Source: a virus. From it: 64,000 nt of DNA. Within the stretch, counting starts at the first letter, position 1, and each line of letters opens with the position of its first letter. Location of the stretch: positions 1 to 64,000 of the IMG/VR virus record IMGVR_UViG_3300031673_000011. One strand, written 5' to 3'. The notes under the pieces were generated by a model. The model did no database searches. It was not told where the DNA came from and saw nothing but the letters and a program-made list of their open reading frames with translations. A program made the translations under genes and the position numbers. Below are positions 9,944 to 20,076 of this stretch, piece after piece.

Positions 9944-12640
9944 ATGGTAAAAATAAAAATAATAAAAGATACAGAAAAATGTAAAGTTGGAGAAATAGTT
10001 AAAACTTCCAAAAAGTCTGCTGAGTCTTATGTTGATGAAGGTTATGCTGAATATGTTGAAGAACTTCCTAAAATAGAGAAATCAAAAGCTAAAGACCCAA
10101 AAGAAAAAATTAAATCAACTACCCCACCAAAAATTATTCTTACAGAAGAACAAATCAATTCAACAATAAAAGAAATATCAAAATTAGAAATGCCTTTAGA
10201 AATTAATAAGAAAATAAGAAAACTATCTAAAGATTCTGAATTATCACTACAAACATTACAAAAACAATTAAATTATGAAAAAAAAGAGAATAAGAAAGGT
10301 ATATCCAATAGTGGTGATACTAATGTTACTAATGTTACTAATGTTACTAATGTTACTAATGTTATATATCCATGGGTAACATTAGTAACACGTAACAAGG
10401 CAATATGGGATTCACTTTTCAGTGATAAAACACTTGACAGAATAATGAAGTTTTTAGCAGAAGGAGATAGGGCTTTTACATACGATGAAATAGCAAAAAG
10501 ATTGGGCTTACCAGTTACAACAATTAAAATGACAATAAGTAGAAATCAGGAGCTTTTTGGAAGAAAATACCCAAATGGCAAAATTTGTTACGCATTTTGT
10601 TACGCACCGTGTGTTGCGTTGATTCAGCAAAAAATTAAGGATTATGAAGAAAATTTGCTAAAAATTAAAGAAAGAGAACTTGAACAGAATACCATTCAAA
10701 CTAAGAGTCAAAAGATAGTTCAGGAATTTAAAAATTTTTACAAACTACACAAGAAAGAACTAGGAAATTCTTTCAGACAAGGAAATAATGTTTTATATTT
10801 AGATTTTATTAAATTATCAGAGTTTGATTTATTTTTAATAGATGAATTAACTTTAAACCCAGAAGAAACATTAAAACTATTTGAATTAGCTATTGAAGAT
10901 TTAGGTTTAATAAAGAATCCAAGAGTAAGAGTAATCAATCTTCCAAAAGATTTAAATTTAAATATTGAAGAGTTAAGGTCCAAGCATCTAAATGAATTAA
11001 TTTCTTTATCTGGAAGAATTATTACTTTAAGTGATGTAAGACCCCAATGTGTAAATGCAAAATTTGAATGCCCAAGCTGTGGGACAGTCATATCTGTTCT
11101 TCAAATTGAAAAGAAGTTTAGGGAGCCTTCAAGATGTTCTTGTGGGAGAAAGGGAGGATTTAAATTAATAGATAAAGAGATGATTGAAACTGCAAGATTA
11201 ATATTAGAAGACTTACAAGAAAAAACAGATAATCCCCATGCCAAAAGATTAAATTGTTTTTTGAAAGAAGATTTACTTTCTTATGAATTAATGAGTTTAT
11301 ATAATCCAGGGGGAGAGGTTGAGATGGTTGGTATATTAAAAGAAGTTCCTGTTCCACTAAAGGAAGGAGGAATATCTACTAGATTTGAACAAGCCTTTGA
11401 AATAAATTCTATTATTTCTTCTAAAGAAGAAATAGAGGTTGATAAACTTTCTAAAGAAGAAATAGATAAAATAAAAAAATTATCTAAAGTAATTGATGAA
11501 GAAGGATTAGAAAAAATAACTTCTTCATTCTGTCCAAGCATTTATGGATATGATGAAGTGAAGAAAGCTTTAGTATTACAATTAGCCGCACAAAGAAATA
11601 AGATTGGTAAGAAAAGTGAAATAACAAAACCAAATATATTATTAATTGGTGACCCTGGGACTTCTAAAACTATTTTAGGAGAATTTTCTGTTACAATAAC
11701 TCCAGGAGCTAGAAAATCTGTTGGGGGTTCTGCTTCTGCTGTAGGATTTACAGGAGCAGTAGTTAGAGATGATTTTTCAGGTGGTTGGAGATTAGAACCA
11801 GGAGCAATTGTTTTAACTAAAGATTTGTTTATGTTAGATGAGTTAAATAATATTAAAGATGAAGATAAACCAAGATTACAAGAAGCATTATCCGAACATA
11901 CTATTACTGTAGATAAAGCAACAATTCATACAAAACTATCTGCTCCTTCTTGTTGTCTAGCAACAGCAAATCCAATCCATGGGATATTCAAAGAGAATGA
12001 GGACTTAGTCACTCAGTTTAATTTAAATCCTGCAATCATAAACAGGTTTGATATTATTTTTGTTGTTAAAGATATTGTTAATGAAGCTAAGGATTTTAAG
12101 ATTGCTAAGAAGATGAATGATAGAGAAATGAAAAAGTTATCATTTGATTACTCTGAAGATTTATTGACAAAGTTCTTCATCTATGTTAAAGAACAACCAG
12201 AACCACAAATGACAGAAGAAATTTCAGATAGAATGGCTGCAATATATTCTAGGTTAAGAAGGTATAAAACAGATTCATTAAATATAAATCCTAGAGTTCA
12301 TAAAGCATTTCAATTATTTTGTAAAGCTTCTGCAAGGATAAGATTATCAGAATATATAGAAGAAAAAGATATTGAAAGATCTTTAGAAATATTATCTGAA
12401 TCTTATTTTAAAACACCATCATATATACATTTTAAAATAGAAAAAAAAGTAAATACCCCTACAAATAAGAATATTAAAATCAAATCTATTGTTTCAACCA
12501 AAATTGTTGTTCTAAAAGATGGGGAACCATTTAACTTAACTTTGGAATCTGGGGAAATTTATAAGAAAGAAGAGTTTGGAGATGATGCAGAACAGACTAT
12601 TGAGATATTAAAAAATGATGGGAAGGTGGAGGAAGTTTAG
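9944..12640 (+). CDS. mcm: MCM replicative helicase with long N-terminal extension containing an HTH
   Basis: Zn finger CPSC...CSC, Walker A GDPGTSKT, SAVGFTGAV, LEPGAIVL, Walker B MLDE, ANP, Arg finger NRFD; HTH TYDEIAKRLGLPVTTIKMTISR. Confidence 0.95.
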   Translation: MVKIKIIKDTEKCKVGEIVKTSKKSAESYVDEGYAEYVEELPKIEKSKAKDPKEKIKSTTPPKIILTEEQINSTIKEISKLEMPLEINKKIRKLSKDSELSLQTLQKQLNYEKKENKKGISNSGDTNVTNVTNVTNVTNVIYPWVTLVTRNKAIWDSLFSDKTLDRIMKFLAEGDRAFTYDEIAKRLGLPVTTIKMTISRNQELFGRKYPNGKICYAFCYAPCVALIQQKIKDYEENLLKIKERELEQNTIQTKSQKIVQEFKNFYKLHKKELGNSFRQGNNVLYLDFIKLSEFDLFLIDELTLNPEETLKLFELAIEDLGLIKNPRVRVINLPKDLNLNIEELRSKHLNELISLSGRIITLSDVRPQCVNAKFECPSCGTVISVLQIEKKFREPSRCSCGRKGGFKLIDKEMIETARLILEDLQEKTDNPHAKRLNCFLKEDLLSYELMSLYNPGGEVEMVGILKEVPVPLKEGGISTRFEQAFEINSIISSKEEIEVDKLSKEEIDKIKKLSKVIDEEGLEKITSSFCPSIYGYDEVKKALVLQLAAQRNKIGKKSEITKPNILLIGDPGTSKTILGEFSVTITPGARKSVGGSASAVGFTGAVVRDDFSGGWRLEPGAIVLTKDLFMLDELNNIKDEDKPRLQEALSEHTITVDKATIHTKLSAPSCCLATANPIHGIFKENEDLVTQFNLNPAIINRFDIIFVVKDIVNEAKDFKIAKKMNDREMKKLSFDYSEDLLTKFFIYVKEQPEPQMTEEISDRMAAIYSRLRRYKTDSLNINPRVHKAFQLFCKASARIRLSEYIEEKDIERSLEILSESYFKTPSYIHFKIEKKVNTPTNKNIKIKSIVSTKIVVLKDGEPFNLTLESGEIYKKEEFGDDAEQTIEILKNDGKVEEV
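10319..10396. repeat. (ACTAATGTT)x5 tandem plus inverted copies inside mcm; iteron-like
   Basis: Five exact 9-mers at 10319-10363, then GTAACATTAGTAAC (reverse complement) at 10376-10389. Confidence 0.9.
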
Positions 12641-12649
12641 GACAAATAA

Positions 12650-13039
12650 ATGATTTTACAATATTCAAAATGTGTAATGAAGCATTTTATTAATCCCAAG
12701 AACATGGGGGAAATAAAGAATGCAGATGGAATTGGAAAGGTTGGCAATTTAAGATGTGGTGATATAATGTGGATTTATATCAAAGTTAAAAATGATAAGA
12801 TTAAAGATATTAAATTTAAAACATTTGGATGTGTTGCTGCAATTGCAACTTCATCAATGATTACACAGATTATAAAAGGAAAAAGTATAAAAGATGCTCA
12901 AAAAGTAAAATATCAGGATATTGTAAAATTTTTGGGAGGACTGCCACCTATAAAAATTCACTGTTCACATTTGGCTCAGGAAGCTTTAAAAAGAGCTATT
13001 AAGGATTATGAAAAAAAAGATAAGGAAAATGAAAAATGA
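12650..13039 (+). CDS. iscU: IscU/NifU-type Fe-S cluster scaffold
   Basis: HFINPKNMG, GNLRCGD, FKTFGCVAAIA, LGGLPPIKIHC with the three conserved Cys. Confidence 0.93.
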   Translation: MILQYSKCVMKHFINPKNMGEIKNADGIGKVGNLRCGDIMWIYIKVKNDKIKDIKFKTFGCVAAIATSSMITQIIKGKSIKDAQKVKYQDIVKFLGGLPPIKIHCSHLAQEALKRAIKDYEKKDKENEK

Positions 13040-13232
13040 TATTTAAAATAGAAATAGGATTTACTGGATTGCTGACAATCCTTTTTGTAGTATTGAAGTT
13101 ATGCAATGTAATAGATTGGTCTTGGTGGTGGGTATTAAGTCCTTTGTGGATTAGTGTAGTATTATGGATAATTATTTTATTAATTATACTATTTGTGGTG
13201 TGGGTAGTTTATTAAAATGAAAGATATAAAAA

Positions 13233-14705
13233 ATGGAAAATGAAAACAAAATCAGATTACAAAGGAATAGAAGTTCACAATCCGAAAGTAGGAGAAGCCG
13301 AGAGGATTTATTACAAAGAAAGCATAAGTCCTCCAGTAAAGGCAAGTCAGATAAAATTATTAGATACTTCTCAATGTTCACAGGAGTCGGAGGATTTGAA
13401 CTTGGATTTGAAAGAACCAACAATGATAAGTTCAACACAGAAACACAGAACAACGATGAAAGGTTGCAGTCCAACACTTCCAAGTGCAATGGGGATGGGG
13501 GGAGGTCATGTTCCAATGATTTTAAATCAACACATATCTGCAAGGAATCCAAATCGCAAGAATACACACAAGGGGGGAAGTGGTCTTCTAATGAGCAAGG
13601 AACACAGCTATGCCTTAGAAAGAACACCACATTTAGTTGTGTGGGATTCAGCGAAATCGACAAATATGCAAGTGAACTCTTATCCAAAAAGTTTCCATCA
13701 GTTAAAAATTGGGGAGACTGTACAAAAATTAATCCAAGAGAATTACCAGACTTTGATTTGCTCTGTGGAGGATTTCCTTGTCAATCATTCTCAATCGCTG
13801 GAAAAAGGAAAGGTTTCCAAGATACCAGAGGGACAATGTTTTTTGAGATTGCAAGAATACTTAAAGTTAAAAGACCTAAACTTATTCTCCTTGAAAATGT
13901 CAAAGGGTTACTCAATCACGAAAAAGGGAAAACTTTCTCTGTCATCCTTCAAACGTTGGAAGAATTGGGGTATAGAACTCAATGGATGGTTCTTAACAGC
14001 AAATTTTTCGGAGTTCCCCAGAACAGAGAGAGGGTATTTATTATCGGAAGTCTTAGAGGAGAAACCAGACCAGAAATATTACCTTTCAGAGAAAGCTACA
14101 AAGAATTTAATGGAAAAGAGAATTCCTCAGGGCAAAGCTGGGCTATCACTGCAACTTATGGGAAAGGAAATAAAGGAACACAAATCCAAGTTAAAGGAAT
14201 GCTTACAGAAGAAGGATGGGAAAAAAGACATGAAAATATTAGAAGAGTATATAGAACAGAAGGAATTGCCCCAACAATCCCAACAGCTCAAGGAGGAGGA
14301 GTTATGACAAAAATAGCAATTCCAGTATTAACTCCAGACAGAGAAAGCAAAAGGCAACATGGAAGAAGATTTAAGGAAGATGGTGAACCAAGTTTTACTT
14401 TGACAGGACAAGATGTTTATGGAATAATGGAAATACAAAAAGAAATAGATAATGGTGGAAGAATAACAAGAAAAGATGATGGAACAAGTTTCACACTTGG
14501 AGGTGGAGGAAGAAATAGTGGAAGGAATCAAGTTATTGGTTTTGAAGAAATAAAAATTCGTAGATTGACTCCAACAGAATGTGAAAGATTACAATCTTTT
14601 CCAGACAATTGGACAGAAGGATTTTCAGATACTCAAAGATATAAAATGATGGGAAATGCAGTAACAACAAATGTTATTTCTGCTATTGCTGAAAAACTAA
14701 AATGA
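13233..14705 (+). CDS. DNA (cytosine-5) methyltransferase
   Basis: Motifs FTGVGG, GGFPCQSFS, ENVKG, QNRERVF, RRLTPTECERLQSFP, GNAV. Confidence 0.93.
   Translation: MENENKIRLQRNRSSQSESRRSREDLLQRKHKSSSKGKSDKIIRYFSMFTGVGGFELGFERTNNDKFNTETQNNDERLQSNTSKCNGDGGRSCSNDFKSTHICKESKSQEYTQGGKWSSNEQGTQLCLRKNTTFSCVGFSEIDKYASELLSKKFPSVKNWGDCTKINPRELPDFDLLCGGFPCQSFSIAGKRKGFQDTRGTMFFEIARILKVKRPKLILLENVKGLLNHEKGKTFSVILQTLEELGYRTQWMVLNSKFFGVPQNRERVFIIGSLRGETRPEILPFRESYKEFNGKENSSGQSWAITATYGKGNKGTQIQVKGMLTEEGWEKRHENIRRVYRTEGIAPTIPTAQGGGVMTKIAIPVLTPDRESKRQHGRRFKEDGEPSFTLTGQDVYGIMEIQKEIDNGGRITRKDDGTSFTLGGGGRNSGRNQVIGFEEIKIRRLTPTECERLQSFPDNWTEGFSDTQRYKMMGNAVTTNVISAIAEKLK
13240..14307 (+). CDS. Overlapping +1-frame ORF with methyltransferase variable-region/TRD-like motifs
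   Basis: 355 codons open in AT-rich DNA; contains RIYYKESISPPVKA, SPTLPSAMGMGGGHVPMI and LSEVLEEKPDQKYYLSEKA. Confidence 0.6.
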   Translation: MKTKSDYKGIEVHNPKVGEAERIYYKESISPPVKASQIKLLDTSQCSQESEDLNLDLKEPTMISSTQKHRTTMKGCSPTLPSAMGMGGGHVPMILNQHISARNPNRKNTHKGGSGLLMSKEHSYALERTPHLVVWDSAKSTNMQVNSYPKSFHQLKIGETVQKLIQENYQTLICSVEDFLVNHSQSLEKGKVSKIPEGQCFLRLQEYLKLKDLNLFSLKMSKGYSITKKGKLSLSSFKRWKNWGIELNGWFLTANFSEFPRTERGYLLSEVLEEKPDQKYYLSEKATKNLMEKRIPQGKAGLSLQLMGKEIKEHKSKLKECLQKKDGKKDMKILEEYIEQKELPQQSQQLKEEEL

Positions 14706-14907
14706 AAACAAAAAAGAAAGTAATACAAAACCATCATTTGATTTATCCAAGTGAGGAACATAAGCAAGAAGAAGTTGTAGAGAAGATATTTAAGGGTGAG
14801 CATTTTGTAATTACACAAATGAATAGAAGGAAGAATATTTCAAAGGGATTTATTAAAACTCTTAAATTATGGCTCTTATTAAATGAAGATAAAGCAGTGG
14901 AGTTAGA

Positions 14908-16698
14908 ATGAAAACAAATAAATCAAATATGTATTCCTTCATAGATAAGACCAGAAACTTTCTAGGAGGGGAGTGTCAGCATAAATGCCAATATTGTTTT
15001 ATAAATTCAATGAAAAATAAATTTCCTAATCTTAAAGAAAGATATTCTGGAGAAATAAGATTGTTAGAAAAAGAATTAGATAAAAATGAAGGAATAAATA
15101 AAACAATTTTTGTTCAGGATATGGGAGATTTATTTGAAGAATCTGTCCCAGCAGAGTTCATTTTAAAAATATTAGGACATTTAAGAGAATATCCAGAGAA
15201 TACATATTTGTTTCAAACTAAAAATCCTAAAAGGTATTTTGAATTTGAAAAGGAATTTCCAGAGAATAGTCTTTTAGGTTGTTATGATGAAAAAACAAGA
15301 GCATTAACTCCAGAAGGATTTAAGAAATATAATGAGTTGAATGAAGGAGATGAAGTATTTACAATAAATCCTATAACTGAGAAAATAGAAATAAATAAAA
15401 TAAAAGGGATTATTGTTAAGAAGTATAAGGGGAATATGATTAGAATTAAAGGAAGAAGAGTAAATTTGTTAGTTACTCCAGACCATAAGATATTAAGAAG
15501 AACAGGAAGGCATAGTAAACTAAAATTTGAAGAAGCAAAAGATGTTGCAAAAAAGTATCAATTTCGTCTTCCTTTAGGAAATTGGAATAAAGAAAATACT
15601 ATAAATTATTTAGAGTTAGATGGAAAAAATATACATATTAATGATGTTTGTTATCTTGTTGGAATATTTATTGGAGATGGATGGACTGATAAGAAAAAAA
15701 TAAAAAGAATTTCAAGAACTGGTTTAAATCGCAAAGAATGGTTAGAAAAGGCATCTATAAAAAGTGGTGGTTGGAAAAAATTAGAAGAAAATGCTGTAGA
15801 AAGAGAATACCCTTCTCGTAGAATAATTTTATCAATACCAAAAAAAGATAAAGCAAGAGAAAGAGTGGAAAATGTATTAAATAAATATAAAATAAAACAT
15901 AGTTGTTATGAGACTGAAATATATTTTTCTTCAAATGATTGGCAAAAGATATTTTTAGAATGTGGAAAGGGTGCAAAAGAAAAAACCATTCCAGAATGGT
16001 TACTTAAAGAAGGAAAAGAAGCATTGGAAAGTTTATTCTTCGGGATAATGGATAGTGATGGGCATCAAAATAGAAAATTAGTAACAACATCTGAAAGATT
16101 GTTAAGTCCATTTACTGAACTCTGTATGAAAATAGGAAAAACAATAAGAATAACAAAACAAATTGTAACTGGAAATAGATTACCAGATAATAGAATAAAT
16201 AAAAATATATCAATAGTATACAGAATTTCTTGTGGAAAAACAATGCCATTTATGAAATCAAGTAATTTAAAAGAAGAATATTATGAAGGCATTATTTGGT
16301 GTTGTTCTGTAGATAATAAAAATTTATTTATAGAAAGAGAAGGAACAAGCACTTTTTGTGGAAATTCTACAATAGAAACAAATTATGAAGATGAAATTAA
16401 AAAGATAAGCAATGCTCCTTCAATTAGTGCAAGACAATATTGGATGCAAAGACTTAAATTTGCCAAAACTTTTTTAACACTTGAACCTCTGGTGGAATTT
16501 GATTTAGAAGAAATGATAAAAATTATAAAAGATATTCAACCAGACTTTGTAAATATCGGAGCTGATTCAAAAAGGAATAATCTTTCTGAACCTTCTTGGA
16601 ATAAAGTTCAAGAACTAATTAAAAGACTAAAGGAATTTACAGAGGTAAAAATTAAATCTAATTTGGAGAGGTTAAAGAATGATACAAACACAATATAG
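14908..16698 (+). CDS. DUF5131/phage gp37-gp68-like radical-SAM-type protein interrupted by an intein
   Basis: CQHKCQYC, FVQDMGDLF, FQTKNP, after intein STIETN, LTLEPL, VNIGADS. Confidence 0.75.
   Translation: MKTNKSNMYSFIDKTRNFLGGECQHKCQYCFINSMKNKFPNLKERYSGEIRLLEKELDKNEGINKTIFVQDMGDLFEESVPAEFILKILGHLREYPENTYLFQTKNPKRYFEFEKEFPENSLLGCYDEKTRALTPEGFKKYNELNEGDEVFTINPITEKIEINKIKGIIVKKYKGNMIRIKGRRVNLLVTPDHKILRRTGRHSKLKFEEAKDVAKKYQFRLPLGNWNKENTINYLELDGKNIHINDVCYLVGIFIGDGWTDKKKIKRISRTGLNRKEWLEKASIKSGGWKKLEENAVEREYPSRRIILSIPKKDKARERVENVLNKYKIKHSCYETEIYFSSNDWQKIFLECGKGAKEKTIPEWLLKEGKEALESLFFGIMDSDGHQNRKLVTTSERLLSPFTELCMKIGKTIRITKQIVTGNRLPDNRINKNISIVYRISCGKTMPFMKSSNLKEEYYEGIIWCCSVDNKNLFIEREGTSTFCGNSTIETNYEDEIKKISNAPSISARQYWMQRLKFAKTFLTLEPLVEFDLEEMIKIIKDIQPDFVNIGADSKRNNLSEPSWNKVQELIKRLKEFTEVKIKSNLERLKNDTNTI
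15280..16365 (+). mobile_element. Intein with LAGLIDADG homing endonuclease (362 aa)
   Basis: Starts CYDEKTRALTPEG, block B VTPDH, LAGLIDADG-like GIFIGDG and GIMDSDG, ends TFCGN followed by Ser+1. Confidence 0.88.
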
Positions 16699-16904
16699 AT
16701 ATTGTGGGGGGATTATGGATAATGAATGGATTACCATCAATTAAAAAGTTAGAAGAGAAGTATAAATTAGATGAAGATAGATTACTTAAAATTATTCACG
16801 AATGTGTTAAATATTATTTATCAGAGGAAGAGCTTTTTAGTTTTATCCTGGAGTATTATATGAAGAGGGAGGATAAATTCAATAAGAGGCTACAAACTAA
16901 ATTT

Positions 16905-16939
16905 GTTACTACTATATAGGGGTTAGAAAGATTTATAAA
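16905..16939 (+). promoter_or_regulatory. Class I promoter
   Basis: GTTACTACTATATAGGGGTTAGAAAGATTTATAAA. Confidence 0.8.
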
Positions 16940-16967
16940 GGTACGAGACATTAATAAATTAAATAAA

Positions 16968-17231
16968 ATGAAAAAATTACATTTTTGGACGTGGGCATTT
17001 ATTATTGTTGGAATAATTACATTTATTGCTTCAACAATTTGGTTTAATAAATATCCAAATTTGTCCGAGTATTTTGTTTATCTTGGTGGAGCAGTATTTT
17101 TGTGGATGTTAGCTGGACTAATAGAAGTTTTAAAGAAAGTCATGGATAAACAAGTGGATTTAGAAAATAATCAAAGAGAATTGCAAAGATGGGTTACTGA
17201 ACAAGAAAGGTATAATGAAGAGAGCCATTAA
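16968..17231 (+). CDS. Two-TM membrane protein with coiled-coil tail
   Basis: Two hydrophobic segments. Confidence 0.55.
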   Translation: MKKLHFWTWAFIIVGIITFIASTIWFNKYPNLSEYFVYLGGAVFLWMLAGLIEVLKKVMDKQVDLENNQRELQRWVTEQERYNEESH

Positions 17232-17255
17232 TTAGAAAAATTTAGGAAATAAAAA

Positions 17256-17726
17256 ATGGAACCAGAAATAAAAAAGATAAATTCATTGTTAAAGTTTTAT
17301 TATAAGAATGATGTTGATATTGCTTTAAAAATTAAATCATTAATTCCTTTAATAGTGAGGGGAAAGATAATGAAGAAGAATTATATTGGAGATAAATATA
17401 TAATAATGAGGGGAAGAGAAATTACTTCCAATACATATAAGAATCCAATAAAGATTTTTATAGAAGATGTAGAGTTGAATTCAATTATTCCTCTTGATTA
17501 CGAAAGAAAAGAAAATAAAAATAAAAGGTCTCCCCTTCCTCCAGCATTAAGATATAAGATATTAAAAAGGGATAGAAACACATGTCAATCCTGTGGTGCT
17601 CGTTCCCCTGAAGTTGAATTAGAAGTAGATCATAAGATTCCTGTTTCAAAAGGGGGGACAGATAATGAGGATAATTTAATAACTAGATGTAGGGATTGCA
17701 ATAGGGGGAAGTCAGATCAATATTAA
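17256..17726 (+). CDS. HNH endonuclease
   Basis: RDRNTCQSCG...EVDHKIP..KGG...N..TRCRDCN. Confidence 0.88.
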   Translation: MEPEIKKINSLLKFYYKNDVDIALKIKSLIPLIVRGKIMKKNYIGDKYIIMRGREITSNTYKNPIKIFIEDVELNSIIPLDYERKENKNKRSPLPPALRYKILKRDRNTCQSCGARSPEVELEVDHKIPVSKGGTDNEDNLITRCRDCNRGKSDQY

Positions 17727-18307
17727 AATGACAGAAGAAATATGGAAACAAAGAGAAATTAACAAGTGTAATAACCTTCTTTCAGATACAACTTTAAGAG
17801 ATGTTGAAAGACACCACATAGTTAATTACTTAAATTCATTAAAGAATATTAAGTTCATTAAAGAATAAAAGGAGGAAAAAATAAAATGGTTGAAACAAAA
17901 GAAGATAAAAAATTCTACAAGGATGTTGAACCACTAATAGAACAGTTGGGAAAAATAATAAGAGAGAATGAATATCCTTTGGCTTCTTGTGTTTATTGTA
18001 TTGGTTGTCTTGTGGATGAGGTAGCAGAAACACACTTTGAAGCATATGGAGTTTTATTAGATACCTTAAATTGTGAAGTAGGAAAAACTTCACTTAAAAA
18101 ATAAATAAACAAAGGAGGAAAAATGGAAGATAAAGAAATTGTAATAAAAATAAAAGTAAATTGTGAGAAAGATGAGTTTGGAAATATAATTGACTTAAAT
18201 GGGTTTGAGGATGGAAAGCCAATTCAAAATACAAGTACAATTATTGGATGGCTTGAAATGGTTAAGTTGCAAGAAGCCCTTAGAGTTCTTATACCAAAAA
18301 ATAAAAT

Positions 18308-18766
18308 ATGACAAACGAATACATTCCAGATAAAGATGCTAGTTTAGGTTTAATTTTTAGATTGAATAATTTATGGGCTGAGATTGATCTTGTATCTTCT
18401 AATGGAAAATATGACATTTGGAATTACAAATTAGATTGTATATATCGTAATCTTTCATTTAGAGAACCAATGGTTCCAGAAGTTGATAAAGTAACAGGGA
18501 AAATAATTAATGTTTTAGTTTCTGAAAAAGATTTAAAAATATATAGATATCTTTCTATGGAAGTTGCAAGAACAAGAATGGCTTCTTTAAGAAATAGGAA
18601 TCCAAAACTAAAATATCAAAAAAGAAGTGAATGGTATTATGCAATCCAAAAGAAAGATATGTACCTTAGGAAATTTATGCAGGTCTTGAAATTATATCTA
18701 AAGGAAACAGAACAAACTCCTGGAAATACAATGTACGGGATTTCTAAAAAAAGGCGTCAAAGATGA
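18308..18766 (+). CDS. Hypothetical protein coupled to the ATPase gene
   Basis: ATGA overlaps on both sides. Confidence 0.6.
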   Translation: MTNEYIPDKDASLGLIFRLNNLWAEIDLVSSNGKYDIWNYKLDCIYRNLSFREPMVPEVDKVTGKIINVLVSEKDLKIYRYLSMEVARTRMASLRNRNPKLKYQKRSEWYYAIQKKDMYLRKFMQVLKLYLKETEQTPGNTMYGISKKRRQR

Positions 18767-19758
18767 TTGTAACAGATTATAAGTGGAAGGATGAATCTGG
18801 AGAAATAAAGCAAGGATATTATATGGATGGAAAGCTTACAGAAAATCTTTCAGAGATTGTACCTTACTTAGATAAAGGGTTTGATAGTGTGGGAATTATC
18901 TCTGGTTCAAATAGAACAGGTGTAGGCAAAACTACTTTCGCTTTTCAGGTAGGATTTTTCATAGCTTGGTTAATTGCAGGTGGCAAAATGGATTTAAGAA
19001 AATATGAAGACTCTAATATATTTATCCATCCAGTTGTACTTAAGAAGCCAAATAAACCTGTTAGATTTAATTTGGATAATGTTGTTTTTTCCCCTGGTGA
19101 ATTAATGAAGACTGCCAGAAAATTACCAAGGCGTTCTGTGATTATATATGATGAAGGAAGAGCAGGAGTTGATTCTAGAAGTGTAATGACAGCATTAAAC
19201 CGAGAACTAGAAGAATTTTTTCAAGTCTGTAGAATTTATGGACATGTATTTATTATTGTAATTCCAAATGCTTTCAAATTACATGAAGATTATTTTGTTT
19301 CAAGAGCCGATTGGCTTTTAGATACTTACTTAGTGAATAATTGTGAAAGAGGGAACTTTAGATATTGGTCTAGAGATAAAAAAGAAGCACTATATGTTTT
19401 CGGAAAGAAGTTATTGAGTGCTTCTAGGAAATACAAAATAGAAACACCAAATTTTTTTGGGTCTTTTACTAAATTATTTATGCTAGATCAAAAAGAATAT
19501 GAAAAAAAGAAATTGAAGGCTCTAAAACAAGCTGAAAAAACTCAAAGGGGGTATAAAATGAAAGTTCAGAGAGATGCTTGGGTATATTTATGTAAAAAGT
19601 TAACAAATAAATCTCATAAGGAACTTTCAGAAGAAATATCTAAAGAATTAAATAAAAAAATAGGGGAGCAGGCAATTGATAGATACATAAGGGAAAATAA
19701 AGCATTTAAAGAAGGAAAGGAATATGAAGATGAAGATTTTTCAGAAGATTATACATAA
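18763..19758 (+). CDS. P-loop ATPase (Zot/packaging-ATPase-like)
   Basis: Walker A GSNRTGVGKTT, Walker B IIYDE, FQVCRIYG; possible C-terminal HTH. Confidence 0.7.
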   Translation: MIVTDYKWKDESGEIKQGYYMDGKLTENLSEIVPYLDKGFDSVGIISGSNRTGVGKTTFAFQVGFFIAWLIAGGKMDLRKYEDSNIFIHPVVLKKPNKPVRFNLDNVVFSPGELMKTARKLPRRSVIIYDEGRAGVDSRSVMTALNRELEEFFQVCRIYGHVFIIVIPNAFKLHEDYFVSRADWLLDTYLVNNCERGNFRYWSRDKKEALYVFGKKLLSASRKYKIETPNFFGSFTKLFMLDQKEYEKKKLKALKQAEKTQRGYKMKVQRDAWVYLCKKLTNKSHKELSEEISKELNKKIGEQAIDRYIRENKAFKEGKEYEDEDFSEDYT

Positions 19759-20076
19759 AAACACACCATATATGCCTATTTGCCTATTGTGTGTGCGAAA
19801 TAATCATATCTTTAACTTAGATGTAATCACGTGGGGGCACACATTAAAAGGTGACTAGTTAAAATGGATGAGAAACAAAGAACAAAAGAGAAAGGATTGA
19901 GGGTTTGGAGAGGTTGGAACAATGGAAACCTTAGAGGATATTATAATATAGGAAAACAAATCCAAAAGGAATATGGTTTGACAGATAAAGATATAGCTGA
20001 TATGAAAAGGATAAGAAGAAATAAGTATGCAAGATTAAAAAGAAAGATAATCAAACTTGAAAAAGAAGCACCTTAA

